Positions 13,784 through 21,470 of a stretch of 27,531 bases of DNA are shown here, piece after piece. Positions within the stretch are counted from its first letter, which is position 1; each line of letters begins with the position of its first letter. The notes under the pieces are model-generated. The model made no database searches. It saw nothing but the letters and a program-made list of their open reading frames with translations, and was not told the DNA's origin. The position numbers were made by a program, and so were the translations under genes. The DNA comes from a virus. Taxonomy: Duplodnaviria; Caudoviricetes. Where the stretch lies: the IMG/VR virus record IMGVR_UViG_3300037461_000357, positions 1-27,531 of that record, one strand, 5' to 3'.

Positions 13784-14654
13784 CGCTGGCGGCGACGGTG
13801 ATGCGGGCGTAGGTCGCGCTCTTGCCGCGGTAGGCATCCTGTGTCTCCTGGGTAATTTCCAGCGTCTTGGCCAGCCGCTTCCAATCGACGGAGCCGGCCC
13901 GCTCGACGTACTCCAGCCGCACGCCAGCACCCTCTGCGGGCGCGCCGTTGGCGAGCGCCTCCAGCTTGGCCTTGGCTTCGGCAACTGCCGCTTCGGCTTC
14001 CTTCTGCTGCGAGAGGCGGTACGTGTACATCCGGGCCGCGTCGCGCCACTCGCTGTCGCGGCGCTCGTTGGTTAGGTACTGCTCTGGCGCGAGCAGGGCC
14101 GCGCAGTACTCGGCCAAGAAGGCGTCGACCTGCGGCTCCGCGGTGGCCCACCAGCCGGGATCGCGGGCGATGAAGAAGGTCTTGCTGCCGTCTGGCGTCC
14201 AGAAGTGCAGCGCGCACTCTGGCAGGTCCATGACGTGCATCCCGAGCTGCACCTGGTCGGCGTAGTGCGCCGGCACGTCGTCGGGCAGCACGCGGTTGAA
14301 CGGGCACTTGATCTCTACGAGGTACTTGCCCGGAACGTGCGCATCGGGCGAGTAGCCGAGATACGTATCGTTGGGCAGGGTGTACCAGCCGCCGGGGATG
14401 ATCTCGTCGTCGAGGTCAGCCACCGTCATCTCGAAGTCGGCGAGTGCGGCATCCTCGTGGTCGCGGCCCCACGCCATCGCGGGCGAGTCGCGGCGGATGT
14501 CCTCGCCGAGCGCCTCGCGCACCATCTCGGCGAGCAGGGCCTTGCGCGACTGCCAGGGCGAGTGCCCGAGCGCGGCGGCGATCCGCGAGCCGGTGATCCG
14601 GCCCACGCGGGCGGCGAACCACTCGGGCGTGCGCTGCTGCAGTTGGGCGTTCAT
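13776..14654 (-). CDS. YqaJ/lambda-exonuclease family protein
   Basis: QRTPEWFAARVGRITGS, WGRDHE, YSPDA, VEIKCP and HY..QVQ motifs. TGATG overlap. Confidence 0.9.
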   Translation of the reverse strand: MNAQLQQRTPEWFAARVGRITGSRIAAALGHSPWQSRKALLAEMVREALGEDIRRDSPAMAWGRDHEDAALADFEMTVADLDDEIIPGGWYTLPNDTYLGYSPDAHVPGKYLVEIKCPFNRVLPDDVPAHYADQVQLGMHVMDLPECALHFWTPDGSKTFFIARDPGWWATAEPQVDAFLAEYCAALLAPEQYLTNERRDSEWRDAARMYTYRLSQQKEAEAAVAEAKAKLEALANGAPAEGAGVRLEYVERAGSVDWKRLAKTLEITQETQDAYRGKSATYARITVAASDE

Positions 14655-15226
14655 CAAGCGGCCTCCTCAACCGGCGGAAGCTTCTTGCGGAAGGCGTCGA
14701 GCCGGGCCTTGCCGAAAGCCGTCTTGTCGGCCTCTGGCAGCGCCTTCCAGGCGCCAAGCGCGCCATCCCGGCCGCCAGTGGCCAGGGCAGCATCAAGCGC
14801 CTTCTGCACCCGCTCCGCGGCCTCTGCGCTGTCCCGGTCCTTCGCCGCGTCGTCGTCCTCCTGGGCGATGCCGACCAGGGCAGCGAGCGAGTACCGCCGC
14901 GCGTAGGTCACCACGCTGCCGACGCACTGCGCGTGCGACAGGCCCTTCTTCAGTTCCACGATCATCGACAGCGGCGCCGACTCGATCCACTGCCCGGATG
15001 AGTGCACGAGCATCGTGGACACGGACACGGCGTCCGGTAGCGTCTCGGTGTCCTGCAGGATGGCGATGCCGTGCATGCTCAGGATCGGCCGCGCGATCTG
15101 CAGGATCGTGGCTAGGTCGGCGTACTTGTAGCCGTACCCGGCCTTGTCCTTCGCGGCGTCTGTGATAGAAAGCTGCGCTTTGGCCAGCGCGGCGGAAATC
15201 TCGTTGATCTGTTCGCTCGTTCTCAT
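14654..15226 (-). CDS. erf: ERF-family ssDNA annealing protein
   Basis: SAALAKAQ...YKYADL...LVHSSGQWIES...GSVVTYARRYSLAALVGIA.EDDDA. Confidence 0.9.
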   Translation of the reverse strand: MRTSEQINEISAALAKAQLSITDAAKDKAGYGYKYADLATILQIARPILSMHGIAILQDTETLPDAVSVSTMLVHSSGQWIESAPLSMIVELKKGLSHAQCVGSVVTYARRYSLAALVGIAQEDDDAAKDRDSAEAAERVQKALDAALATGGRDGALGAWKALPEADKTAFGKARLDAFRKKLPPVEEAA

Positions 15227-15227
15227 G

Positions 15228-15326
15228 TCACTCTCCGAAACGTCTGTAGATCCAGGCCAGGAGCGCGGCACCGCCGACGACCGTGGCAAGGAAGCCAAGC
15301 ACGATGGCGGCCGTAGTGAGCGTCAC
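15228..15326 (-). CDS. 32-aa membrane peptide
   Basis: GTG in GTGA overlap: MTLTTAAIVLGFLATVVGGAALLAWIYRRFGE. Confidence 0.5.
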   Translation of the reverse strand: MTLTTAAIVLGFLATVVGGAALLAWIYRRFGE

Positions 15327-15502
15327 GACGCCTGCCGCCGCAGGCAGGCCGGGACCTCGCCCATGCCGATGAGCTGATCCAGTTCCTCGATGCGCTCTGC
15401 CAGCTCGTCCATGCGGTGCAACGCGAGGCGCCGGTAGAACTCGTCTCGGCGCTGCTGGTTGTCTTGCGGCCGGTCGCCGCAGAAAGGGCTGAACGTGACC
15501 AT
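15323..15502 (-). CDS. 59-aa protein ending in an FtsZ-C-terminus-like peptide
   Basis: MVTFSPFCGDRPQDNQQRRDEFYRRLALHRMDELAERIEELDQLIGMGEVPACLRRQAS*. Tightly packed between neighbours. Confidence 0.6.
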   Translation of the reverse strand: MVTFSPFCGDRPQDNQQRRDEFYRRLALHRMDELAERIEELDQLIGMGEVPACLRRQAS

Positions 15503-15505
15503 GGC

Positions 15506-15583
15506 TCACCCCAGCAGAGCGGCGGCGACCAGCGCCAGAAAGACGACCGTTTCCGGACAGAGCAGAAGCTCTCGGCAGCTCAT
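15506..15583 (-). CDS. 25-aa hydrophobic peptide
   Basis: TGATG overlap. MSCRELLLCPETVVFLALVAAALLG. Confidence 0.4.
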   Translation of the reverse strand: MSCRELLLCPETVVFLALVAAALLG

Positions 15584-15891
15584 CACCAGCCCCTCCGGTC
15601 GGCGTAGGGGCGGAAACCGCGCTCGCGGTCCCACGCGGCGGCATCGGCGTACTCGACCTGCATGTCGCGCCAGACTTCGTACCAGCGCGCCTCAAGGCGG
15701 CCCTCGCGTTCGGCGCGCGTCAGGACGCGGGCCAGGGCGATGCTCTGGATCAGTTCGAGCGCGTACCCGTAGGCATCTGCGTCGTCCCGGTTCCACTCGT
15801 CGAAGTCGCCGCAGTACTCGGCGGCCTTCTCGGCCAACAGCTCGTCAAGCTCTGCCTGGACTGCCGCCTTGTGTGTGCTGATCGCGTCCAT
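15583..15891 (-). CDS. First gene of the leftward operon, acidic hypothetical protein (102 aa)
   Basis: AGGAGG SD, directly downstream of PL. Confidence 0.7.
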   Translation of the reverse strand: MDAISTHKAAVQAELDELLAEKAAEYCGDFDEWNRDDADAYGYALELIQSIALARVLTRAEREGRLEARWYEVWRDMQVEYADAAAWDRERGFRPYADRRGW

Positions 15892-15915
15892 GGTGCCCTC
15901 CTGTCTCTGAGGATA

Positions 15916-15956
15916 ATGCTAGGCGACGCCTTACGCTCTGTCAAGCGGTGCCTTGC
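15916..15956 (-). promoter_or_regulatory. PL promoter with two operators (OL)
   Basis: TTGACA (15939-15944)-N17-TAGCAT (15916-15921). 17-bp imperfect palindromes GCTAGGCGACGCCTTAC (15918-15934) and GTCAAGCGGTGCCTTGC (15940-15956). Confidence 0.8.
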
Positions 15957-15966
15957 ACTCTAAGCG

Positions 15967-15995
15967 AAAAAAAGTTGCCGCCGGGTGCGGCTAAC
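15967..15995 (-). terminator. Intrinsic terminator after the repressor gene
   Basis: - strand GTTAGCCGC-ACCCG-GCGGCAAC followed by T7. Confidence 0.7.
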
Positions 15996-16377
15996 CCTTT
16001 TGCTCAGGTATTGGCGGAGGGTCTTTGTGGTGGTCAGACAGGGCCGCCGCGAGGGCGCGGATTTGGTCTTCGAGGGGGCGGCGAACTTCGGCGGGAAGCT
16101 GGGTCAAGGCGTAGAGCAAGTCGAGTTCTTCTTCGGTAAACACAGCGTCGCTCCGACCAGTTGGGCTACCGAGCCCGGTTGCGAGCCAGTTGAAATCGAC
16201 GCCGCAGGCTGACGCGATGAGCTTGAGACTGTCCCAGGACGGGCGCGCAATGGCGCGCGAGCCGTGCCCTTCCCACTGCGAGGCAGTGGCTCGGGATACC
16301 CCGGTGCGACGCGCAAGGTCGGCCTTCGACAGGCCACCAAGGCGGCGCGACTCCTCAATTCGTCGCCAGATTTCCAC
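15991..16377 (-). CDS. cI: CI-like HTH repressor without S24 peptidase domain (start GTG 16377 or ATG 16395)
   Basis: RIEESRRLGGLSKADLARRTGVSRATASQWE...LIASACGVDFNWLATG Xre HTH, divergent from cro. TACACT -10 lies 6 nt before GTG 16377, suggesting a leaderless PRM-like transcript. Confidence 0.8.
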   Translation of the reverse strand: MEIWRRIEESRRLGGLSKADLARRTGVSRATASQWEGHGSRAIARPSWDSLKLIASACGVDFNWLATGLGSPTGRSDAVFTEEELDLLYALTQLPAEVRRPLEDQIRALAAALSDHHKDPPPIPEQKG

Positions 16378-16411
16378 AGCGCGAGTGTAAGGCATAACCA
16401 CATAATGGGCG

Positions 16412-16464
16412 GCAAGGCCGCGCTTTGCAAGGCGCTTGACAGATTGCAAGGCGCCGCCTAGCAT
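16412..16464 (+). promoter_or_regulatory. PR promoter with operators (OR)
   Basis: TTGACA (16436-16441)-N17-TAGCAT (16459-16464). Operators GCAAGGCCGCGCTTTGC (16412-16428) and GCAAGGCGCCGCCTAGC (16446-16462), same consensus as OL. Confidence 0.8.
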
Positions 16465-16471
16465 CGGTTGC

Positions 16472-16696
16472 ATGGATACGATCTTCGACCTCATCAACCA
16501 GCGTGCCGGCTCGCAGGCCGAGTTAGCCCGCCGCCTGGGCATCAAGCCCACTTCCATCATCGACTGGCGCCGCGCGGGTCGCGTCCCTGCCGAGCGCGTG
16601 CTTGCCGTGAGCCGCTTGACGGGGCTATCGCCGCACTTGCTACGGCCAGACATCTACCCAGACCCGAGCTGGGCGCCACCGGATACCGCCGCATGA
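16472..16696 (+). CDS. cro: Cro-like (YdaS family) regulator
   Basis: AGSQAELARRLGIKPTSIIDW...VPAERV...LRPDIY. ATG 7 nt after the PR -10 (leaderless). Confidence 0.85.
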   Translation: MDTIFDLINQRAGSQAELARRLGIKPTSIIDWRRAGRVPAERVLAVSRLTGLSPHLLRPDIYPDPSWAPPDTAA

Positions 16697-16887
16697 GCCG
16701 CGTACGCGAGCACGCGCTGTCGCGCGAGTACCTGGACGAGATGGACGACGCACGCCGGGTGGTCAGCGAGCTGGCCGCCATCGGCTGGCCGCTGCCGCGC
16801 ATCGTCTGGCGCGCACGCACCCTGTACCGCGCGATCCACCGCCGGGAAGTGCTCAGGCACCGCAGTGGCGACGCCATCCCAGACTGA
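16693..16887 (+). CDS. Hypothetical protein (64 aa), cII position
   Basis: ATGA overlap with the cro stop. Confidence 0.55.
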   Translation: MSRVREHALSREYLDEMDDARRVVSELAAIGWPLPRIVWRARTLYRAIHRREVLRHRSGDAIPD

Positions 16888-17116
16888 CTGCGCCGCCGTC
16901 TGGCAGGCCTGGGTGGCCGCAGGCGTGGGCGACTCCGAGCGGTACGCTCGCTTTCGCGAGGTTCCCGTACCCATGCAGCCGGCGGTTGCCAGTCACATGA
17001 AGACCGTCAAGGCCATCGAGGCCTTCCAGCTAGCGCGGGCCGAGCGCGGCGGCGGCGGCCGGGCGGCGGCGCTGTCTCACAGAAGAGTCGACCGAGACAA
17101 CCCGTATGGCGGGTGA
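16865..17116 (+). CDS. Hypothetical protein (83 aa)
   Basis: Fills the gap to the replication gene, GC3-biased codons. Confidence 0.5.
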   Translation: MATPSQTDCAAVWQAWVAAGVGDSERYARFREVPVPMQPAVASHMKTVKAIEAFQLARAERGGGGRAAALSHRRVDRDNPYGG

Positions 17117-17119
17117 GGC

Positions 17120-17809
17120 ATGAGCATGCACTGGTTTCCCTTCTACCACGCCGACTACCTGGCTGACACGTCGAGGCTGTCGCCAGCGCAGCACGGCGTT
17201 TACCTGCTGCTGCTGCTGTCCTTCTTCAAGGACGGGCCGCTGCCGAACAACCCGGACACGCTGTGCCGGATTGCCGCGGGCGCCGCTCCGTCCGACGTGC
17301 AGTCGATCCTCGAACGCTACTGGGTGCTGACCGACGCCGGCTGGGTCAACCCGAAGATGGACGAGATCAGGACCAAGGCCATCGAAAGCTCGAAGATGGC
17401 GCACGACCGGGCGATCCTCGCAGCACAGGCCCGATGGAAGGCCCTGGATGCTCCAAGCAATGCTAATAGCATTCCTTCAAGCAATGCTCAAAGCAATGCT
17501 TGCGACCATGCTCCAAGCAATGCATATCCCAGAACTCATATCCCAGACATCAGAAAGAAGAAGAGGGAGAGGGATCACTTCGTGATCCCCACGCCCGACG
17601 CGGTTCGGGAGTATGCCAAGTCGATTGGCTACCTGATCCGGGCCGAGCTGTTCTGCGATCACTACACGGCGAGGGGCTGGCGGCTCAAGGGCGGGCAGCC
17701 GATGAAGGATTGGCGGGCGGCGGTCAGGACCTGGAAGGCCAGGGACGAGCAGGGCGCTGGCAGCAAGGCGGCAAGGCGCGACGACCCGATGCTGGGGGTG
17801 ATCCTGTGA
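17120..17809 (+). CDS. Replication initiator (DUF1376/YdaU-like N-terminus)
   Basis: WFPFYHADYLADTSRLSPAQHGVYLLLL N-terminus and F.DHY.ARGW...MKDWRAAVRTW C-terminal domain. Contains iterons. Confidence 0.8.
   Translation: MSMHWFPFYHADYLADTSRLSPAQHGVYLLLLLSFFKDGPLPNNPDTLCRIAAGAAPSDVQSILERYWVLTDAGWVNPKMDEIRTKAIESSKMAHDRAILAAQARWKALDAPSNANSIPSSNAQSNACDHAPSNAYPRTHIPDIRKKKRERDHFVIPTPDAVREYAKSIGYLIRAELFCDHYTARGWRLKGGQPMKDWRAAVRTWKARDEQGAGSKAARRDDPMLGVIL
17448..17524. repeat. Iteron array / replication origin inside the initiator gene
   Basis: Four AAGCAATGC units, two as ATGCTCCAAGCAATGC, in an AT-richer patch followed by a purine-rich tract, analogous to lambda ori within O. Confidence 0.75.
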
Positions 17810-18771
17810 GGCTGACCGCGACCGACATCGAGCGGCTGGACGCCGAGCAGGCAGCGGCGGAGGAGTTGGCCCGCCTCGTCTCGACGGCCGACCTGGCCGA
17901 GGGCGTGGCCGACGACACGCAGACGATGGGGGCTAGGATGCCCTGGCCGTCGCTCGACGGGCTGTTCGAGCTGCGCCCTGGCGAGCTGACCGTCTGGGGC
18001 GGCGAGTCGGGATCGGGCAAGAGCCTGCTGCTCGGGCAGGTGATGGCCTGGCTGCTGCCGCGCGACCACAGCATCGTGATCGCCAGCCTGGAGATGCGGC
18101 TGGTCGAGACGCTGCGGCGCATGGCCAACCAGATGGCCGGGTGCCGGGCCTCGCCCGACTTCCGGCGGCGGGTGTGCGCGTGGGCAGACGGCCGGCTGTG
18201 GCTCTACGACGAGATCGACACGGTGGCGTCGCACCGGCTGGTGACGATGGCCAGGGTGGCCGCGGCCAGGCTGCGCTGCTCGCACGTCGTCATCGACTCG
18301 CTTACCAAGGCCGGCGTGGCGCAGGACGGGCAGGGCTACCTGACCGACCAGACGGCGTTCGTCGACCGGCTACAGCACACGGCCAAGCACTACGACGTGC
18401 ACGTCCACCTCGTCGCGCACCTGCGCAAGCCGGCACAGACGCAGGCCGGGCGGCCCTCGAAGTTCGACATCCGCGGCGCCTCGCAGATCACCGACCTGGC
18501 CGACAACGTGGTGCTGGTCAGCCGCAACCACGCCAAGGAGGAACTGGCCAAGCTACCGCCCGACGTGCTGGAGGAGCAGGACCGCAAGGTGCTGGAGCAG
18601 CCAGACGCCTGGCTCGACATCGCCAAGCAGCGCCACACCGGTTGGGAGGGCCGTGTCGGCCTGGACTTCCACGCGCCGAGTGGGCAGTTCGTCCGCCACA
18701 AGGCAGGCCGGGCGATGCCCTGGCCAGCGCCAGGGTTCCCGGCGCCGTGGCAACTGGACTCGGTGGCATGA
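17806..18771 (+). CDS. DnaB/T7-gp4-type (SF4) replicative helicase
   Basis: GTGA overlap. Walker A GESGSGKS, SLEM, VVIDSL, HVHLVAH.RK, DIRGASQITDLADNV, KQR. Confidence 0.88.
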   Translation: MRLTATDIERLDAEQAAAEELARLVSTADLAEGVADDTQTMGARMPWPSLDGLFELRPGELTVWGGESGSGKSLLLGQVMAWLLPRDHSIVIASLEMRLVETLRRMANQMAGCRASPDFRRRVCAWADGRLWLYDEIDTVASHRLVTMARVAAARLRCSHVVIDSLTKAGVAQDGQGYLTDQTAFVDRLQHTAKHYDVHVHLVAHLRKPAQTQAGRPSKFDIRGASQITDLADNVVLVSRNHAKEELAKLPPDVLEEQDRKVLEQPDAWLDIAKQRHTGWEGRVGLDFHAPSGQFVRHKAGRAMPWPAPGFPAPWQLDSVA

Positions 18772-19142
18772 GCGACCTGCGCTTCCTCGACCTGCCCTGG
18801 CCGCCGTCCACCAACCAGCTCTACCGCAGCGTCCAGATCAACGGCAGGCCGCGAGTGCTGCTGGCCAAGGCGGCGCGCGACTACCACGCGCTGGTCCGCC
18901 GCCTCGTGCAGATCGAGCGCCTGCCGGCCTTCTCGGACCTGGACCGCATCGAGGTCATCATCCACGCCAGGCCGCCAGACCGGCGCAAACGGGACCTCGA
19001 CAACCTGCTCAAGTCCGTGCTCGACGCCCTGGTGAAGGGCGGCGCGATCCCTGACGACTCACAGATCGACAAGCTCGCCATCCTGCGCGGATCGCCGGTC
19101 AAGGGCGGCGCCCTGACGGTAGGGGTGGCCGCGCTGCCATGA
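18768..19142 (+). CDS. rusA: RusA Holliday junction resolvase
   Basis: LPWPPSTNQLYR...PPDRRKRDLDNLLKSVLDAL...DDSQI. Confidence 0.92.
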   Translation: MSDLRFLDLPWPPSTNQLYRSVQINGRPRVLLAKAARDYHALVRRLVQIERLPAFSDLDRIEVIIHARPPDRRKRDLDNLLKSVLDALVKGGAIPDDSQIDKLAILRGSPVKGGALTVGVAALP

Positions 19143-19522
19143 TCAGGGCGCTCGACGTCCTGCTGCAGGACTGGGGCGCCTGGTGCCGCCAGCTCCACCG
19201 CTCCTGCCTGAGCTACCCGGCCAGAACCGCTGAGAGCCGCGCAGGGGAGGGCAGGGCGCCAGGGGCTACCAGGACACTGGTGCCAGACGTTCTCGTCCCA
19301 GAGCGGCTGCTAGGGCTCGACAGGGCCATCCGCGAGATGCCGCCAAGCCTCAAGGTCGCCGTCCACGTCCGCTACCTCGAGGACCTCGACCGCGAGGGCC
19401 AGGAGGCGCTGTGGCGGCAGCGCGCCCGGCAGGGCCGGCGGCAGTACTACACGCGGCTCGAATGTGCCCACTGGTGGCTCGCCGGGAGGCTAGGGGCGCC
19501 TCACAACGAGGGACCGACATGA
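19139..19522 (+). CDS. Late antiterminator Q-like protein
   Basis: LLQDWGAW N-terminus, ...V.VRY...YYTRLECAH C-terminus, upstream of a promoter-terminator pair. Confidence 0.65.
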   Translation: MIRALDVLLQDWGAWCRQLHRSCLSYPARTAESRAGEGRAPGATRTLVPDVLVPERLLGLDRAIREMPPSLKVAVHVRYLEDLDREGQEALWRQRARQGRRQYYTRLECAHWWLAGRLGAPHNEGPT

Positions 19523-19806
19523 CGAAGCTCGGGCGGATGCCGAAAGTGTGGGCCCGCCCGTTGGCCGATGGCGAGCTTACGGCCGGGGCTGAACTGATGG
19601 TCCGCGCCGCCGACGTGGCTGGATGGATCGAGGCCGTTGGCAAGCGGCTGGAGGCCTTCAAGGATTCCCGCGCAGAAGCCTGGCAGCGGGCGTCCTACGA
19701 AAGAAGCAGGCGTGTCGAGTGGCAGCAGCGGTACAGCCGGCTACTGAGGCGCCTCGAAACCGGCACGTTCCACGTGGAACATCCAGAGAACGAACCGCCA
19801 TCTTGA
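19519..19806 (+). CDS. Hypothetical protein (95 aa)
   Basis: GAGG SD, ATGA overlap. Confidence 0.55.
   Translation: MTKLGRMPKVWARPLADGELTAGAELMVRAADVAGWIEAVGKRLEAFKDSRAEAWQRASYERSRRVEWQQRYSRLLRRLETGTFHVEHPENEPPS
19766..19781. promoter_or_regulatory. parS-like ParB binding site
   Basis: CGTTCCACGTGGAACA: 14-bp perfect palindrome, 15/16 to TGTTCCACGTGGAACA. Confidence 0.6.
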
Positions 19807-19830
19807 CAGTGCGCACAAATCTGCTACTGT
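19803..19830 (+). promoter_or_regulatory. Late promoter (PR'-like)
   Basis: TTGACA-N16-TACTGT with extended TG, downstream of Q. Confidence 0.6.
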
Positions 19831-19901
19831 TTCGCTAGTCAGCGAAGTTGCCACCACAACCCGCTGATTCTCCTCGATCACCCTCCGATGAGAGTAGCTT
19901 T

Positions 19902-19927
19902 AGCCCGCCTTGTGCGGGCTTTTTGTT
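19902..19927 (+). terminator. Intrinsic terminator (tR'-like)
   Basis: AGCCCGC-CTTGT-GCGGGCT then TTTTGTT. Confidence 0.8.
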
Positions 19928-19992
19928 GCACCGCACATGCCAAAATGGCACCTGACAGAATGTCAGGCAAGCAATGAGATAGGTCACAAACT

Positions 19993-20220
19993 GTGCCAAG
20001 TCGCAAGGGTTCGCCAAACAAGCTCGGCGCGCTCGCCAAGGACAACATCGCCGCGGTCTTCAACCGCCTGGGCGGCACCGCCGCGATGGCCGATTGGGCC
20101 GAGGCGAACAAGACCGAGTTCTATCGCATCTACGCCCGCCTGGTCCCGACCCAGGTGACCGGCGAGGGGGGCGGGCCGGTCAAGATCACCGTGGAATGGC
20201 AGCAGTCCAGCGGGTCGTGA
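19993..20220 (+). CDS. terS: Terminase small subunit (short type)
   Basis: RKGSPNK...GG...W...N..EFY...RL.P..VTGEGGGP pattern, directly upstream of and overlapping terL. Confidence 0.6.
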   Translation: MPSRKGSPNKLGALAKDNIAAVFNRLGGTAAMADWAEANKTEFYRIYARLVPTQVTGEGGGPVKITVEWQQSSGS

Positions 20221-21470
20221 TCCCCTACGCGCCCCGGCCGCTGCAGCGCGAGCTGCACGAGCACCGGGCGCGATTCAGCGTGATCGTCTGTCACCGCCGC
20301 TGGGGCAAGACCGTGTGGGCGATCAACGAGCTGATCCGCGCCGCGCTCACCTGCACCCTGGAGGCGCCGCGCATGGCCTACGTGGCGCCCCTTTATCGGC
20401 AGGCCAAGGCCGTCGCCTGGGACTACGTGAAACGGTTCACCGACCCGATCCCCGGCCGGGTCTACAACGAGGCGGAACTCAGGGTGGACCTGCCAAACGG
20501 CGCCAGGATCACCCTGTTCGGCGCCGACAATCCAGACTCGCTGCGCGGCCTGTACCTCGACGGCGTGGTGCTCGACGAGTACGCGCAGATGTCGCCAAAG
20601 GCGTGGACCGAGGTCCTGCGCCCGGCGCTCGCCGACCGCCAGGGCTGGGCCGCCTGGATCGGCACGCCACAGGGCCACGGGCATTTCTTCGACCTGTACG
20701 AGCGGGCTGCGAGCCTCGAAGGCTGGTCGCGCCACCTGTACAAGGCGAGCGAGACGGGCATCGTCGCCGAGACGGAACTCAAGGCCGCGCGCCGCGAGAT
20801 GGCGCCGGCCGAGTACGCGCAAGAGTTCGAGTGCTCCTGGGCCGCTGCCGTACCCGGCGCCTACTACGGCGAGCTGGTCCAGCAGGCCGAGGAGCAGGGC
20901 CGCGTCACCAAGGTGCCCTATGACCCTTCGGCCAAGGTCGAGACGTGGTGGGACCTGGGGGTCGGCGACAGCACCGTGATCTGGTTTGCGCAGCGCGTCG
21001 GCCACGCGATCCACCTGATCGACTACTACGAGATGACCGGTGTCGGGCTCAGTCACTACGTCCAACACCTCGACACCAGGGGGTACGTGTACTCCCGCCA
21101 TATCGCGCCGCATGACGTGCAGGTGCGCGAGCTAGGCACCGGTCAATCTCGCCTCGACATCGCGCGCGGACTCGGCCTCGAATTCGAGGTCGCGCCGAAG
21201 CTGCCAGTGGACGACGGCATTGCCGCCGTGCGCCAACTGCTACCGCGCTGCTACTTCGACCGCGAGCGCACGCAGTACGGGCTCGACTGCCTGCGCCAGT
21301 ACCGGGCCGAGTACGACGACCGGCTGCGCACCGTCCGGCCCAAGCCGCTGCACGACTGGACGAGCCACGCGGCCGATGCGTTCCGCTACGGCGCCATCGC
21401 CGGGGCGCCGCTGGGCGTCAATGCCTGGCGCGACTACGACCCAAGCCGGCTGGCCTACTCCGTCGCATGA
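20196..21470 (+). CDS. terL: Terminase large subunit
   Basis: Y.PRPLQ, HRRWGKT Walker A, VLDEYA Walker B, IGTP.G, QEFECSW, WDLG..D nuclease, SHAADAFRY. Confidence 0.93.
   Translation: MAAVQRVVIPYAPRPLQRELHEHRARFSVIVCHRRWGKTVWAINELIRAALTCTLEAPRMAYVAPLYRQAKAVAWDYVKRFTDPIPGRVYNEAELRVDLPNGARITLFGADNPDSLRGLYLDGVVLDEYAQMSPKAWTEVLRPALADRQGWAAWIGTPQGHGHFFDLYERAASLEGWSRHLYKASETGIVAETELKAARREMAPAEYAQEFECSWAAAVPGAYYGELVQQAEEQGRVTKVPYDPSAKVETWWDLGVGDSTVIWFAQRVGHAIHLIDYYEMTGVGLSHYVQHLDTRGYVYSRHIAPHDVQVRELGTGQSRLDIARGLGLEFEVAPKLPVDDGIAAVRQLLPRCYFDRERTQYGLDCLRQYRAEYDDRLRTVRPKPLHDWTSHAADAFRYGAIAGAPLGVNAWRDYDPSRLAYSVA

Noticed and set aside
16396-16653. N-terminal extension of the repressor ORF (220 aa)
   Set aside because: It runs antisense through cro and the PR/OR region; the HTH starts after 16395.
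17448-17524. Short repeats as a possible mini-CRISPR
   Set aside because: Units are 9-16 bp without spacer-length unique sequences, lie inside the initiator gene and no cas genes are present; iterons fit better.
19825-19844. Second CTG-N10-CAG (TACTGTTTCGCTAGTCAGCG) overlapping the late promoter -10
   Set aside because: Right half matches the LexA consensus poorly and the left half is explained by the -10 hexamer. Not called without a matrix score.
19938-19967. Small palindromes TGCCA-AAA-TGGCA and CCTGACA-GAA-TGTCAGG upstream of terS as a pac/cos site
   Set aside because: Real inverted repeats, but nothing in the sequence ties them to packaging; terminus mapping would be needed.
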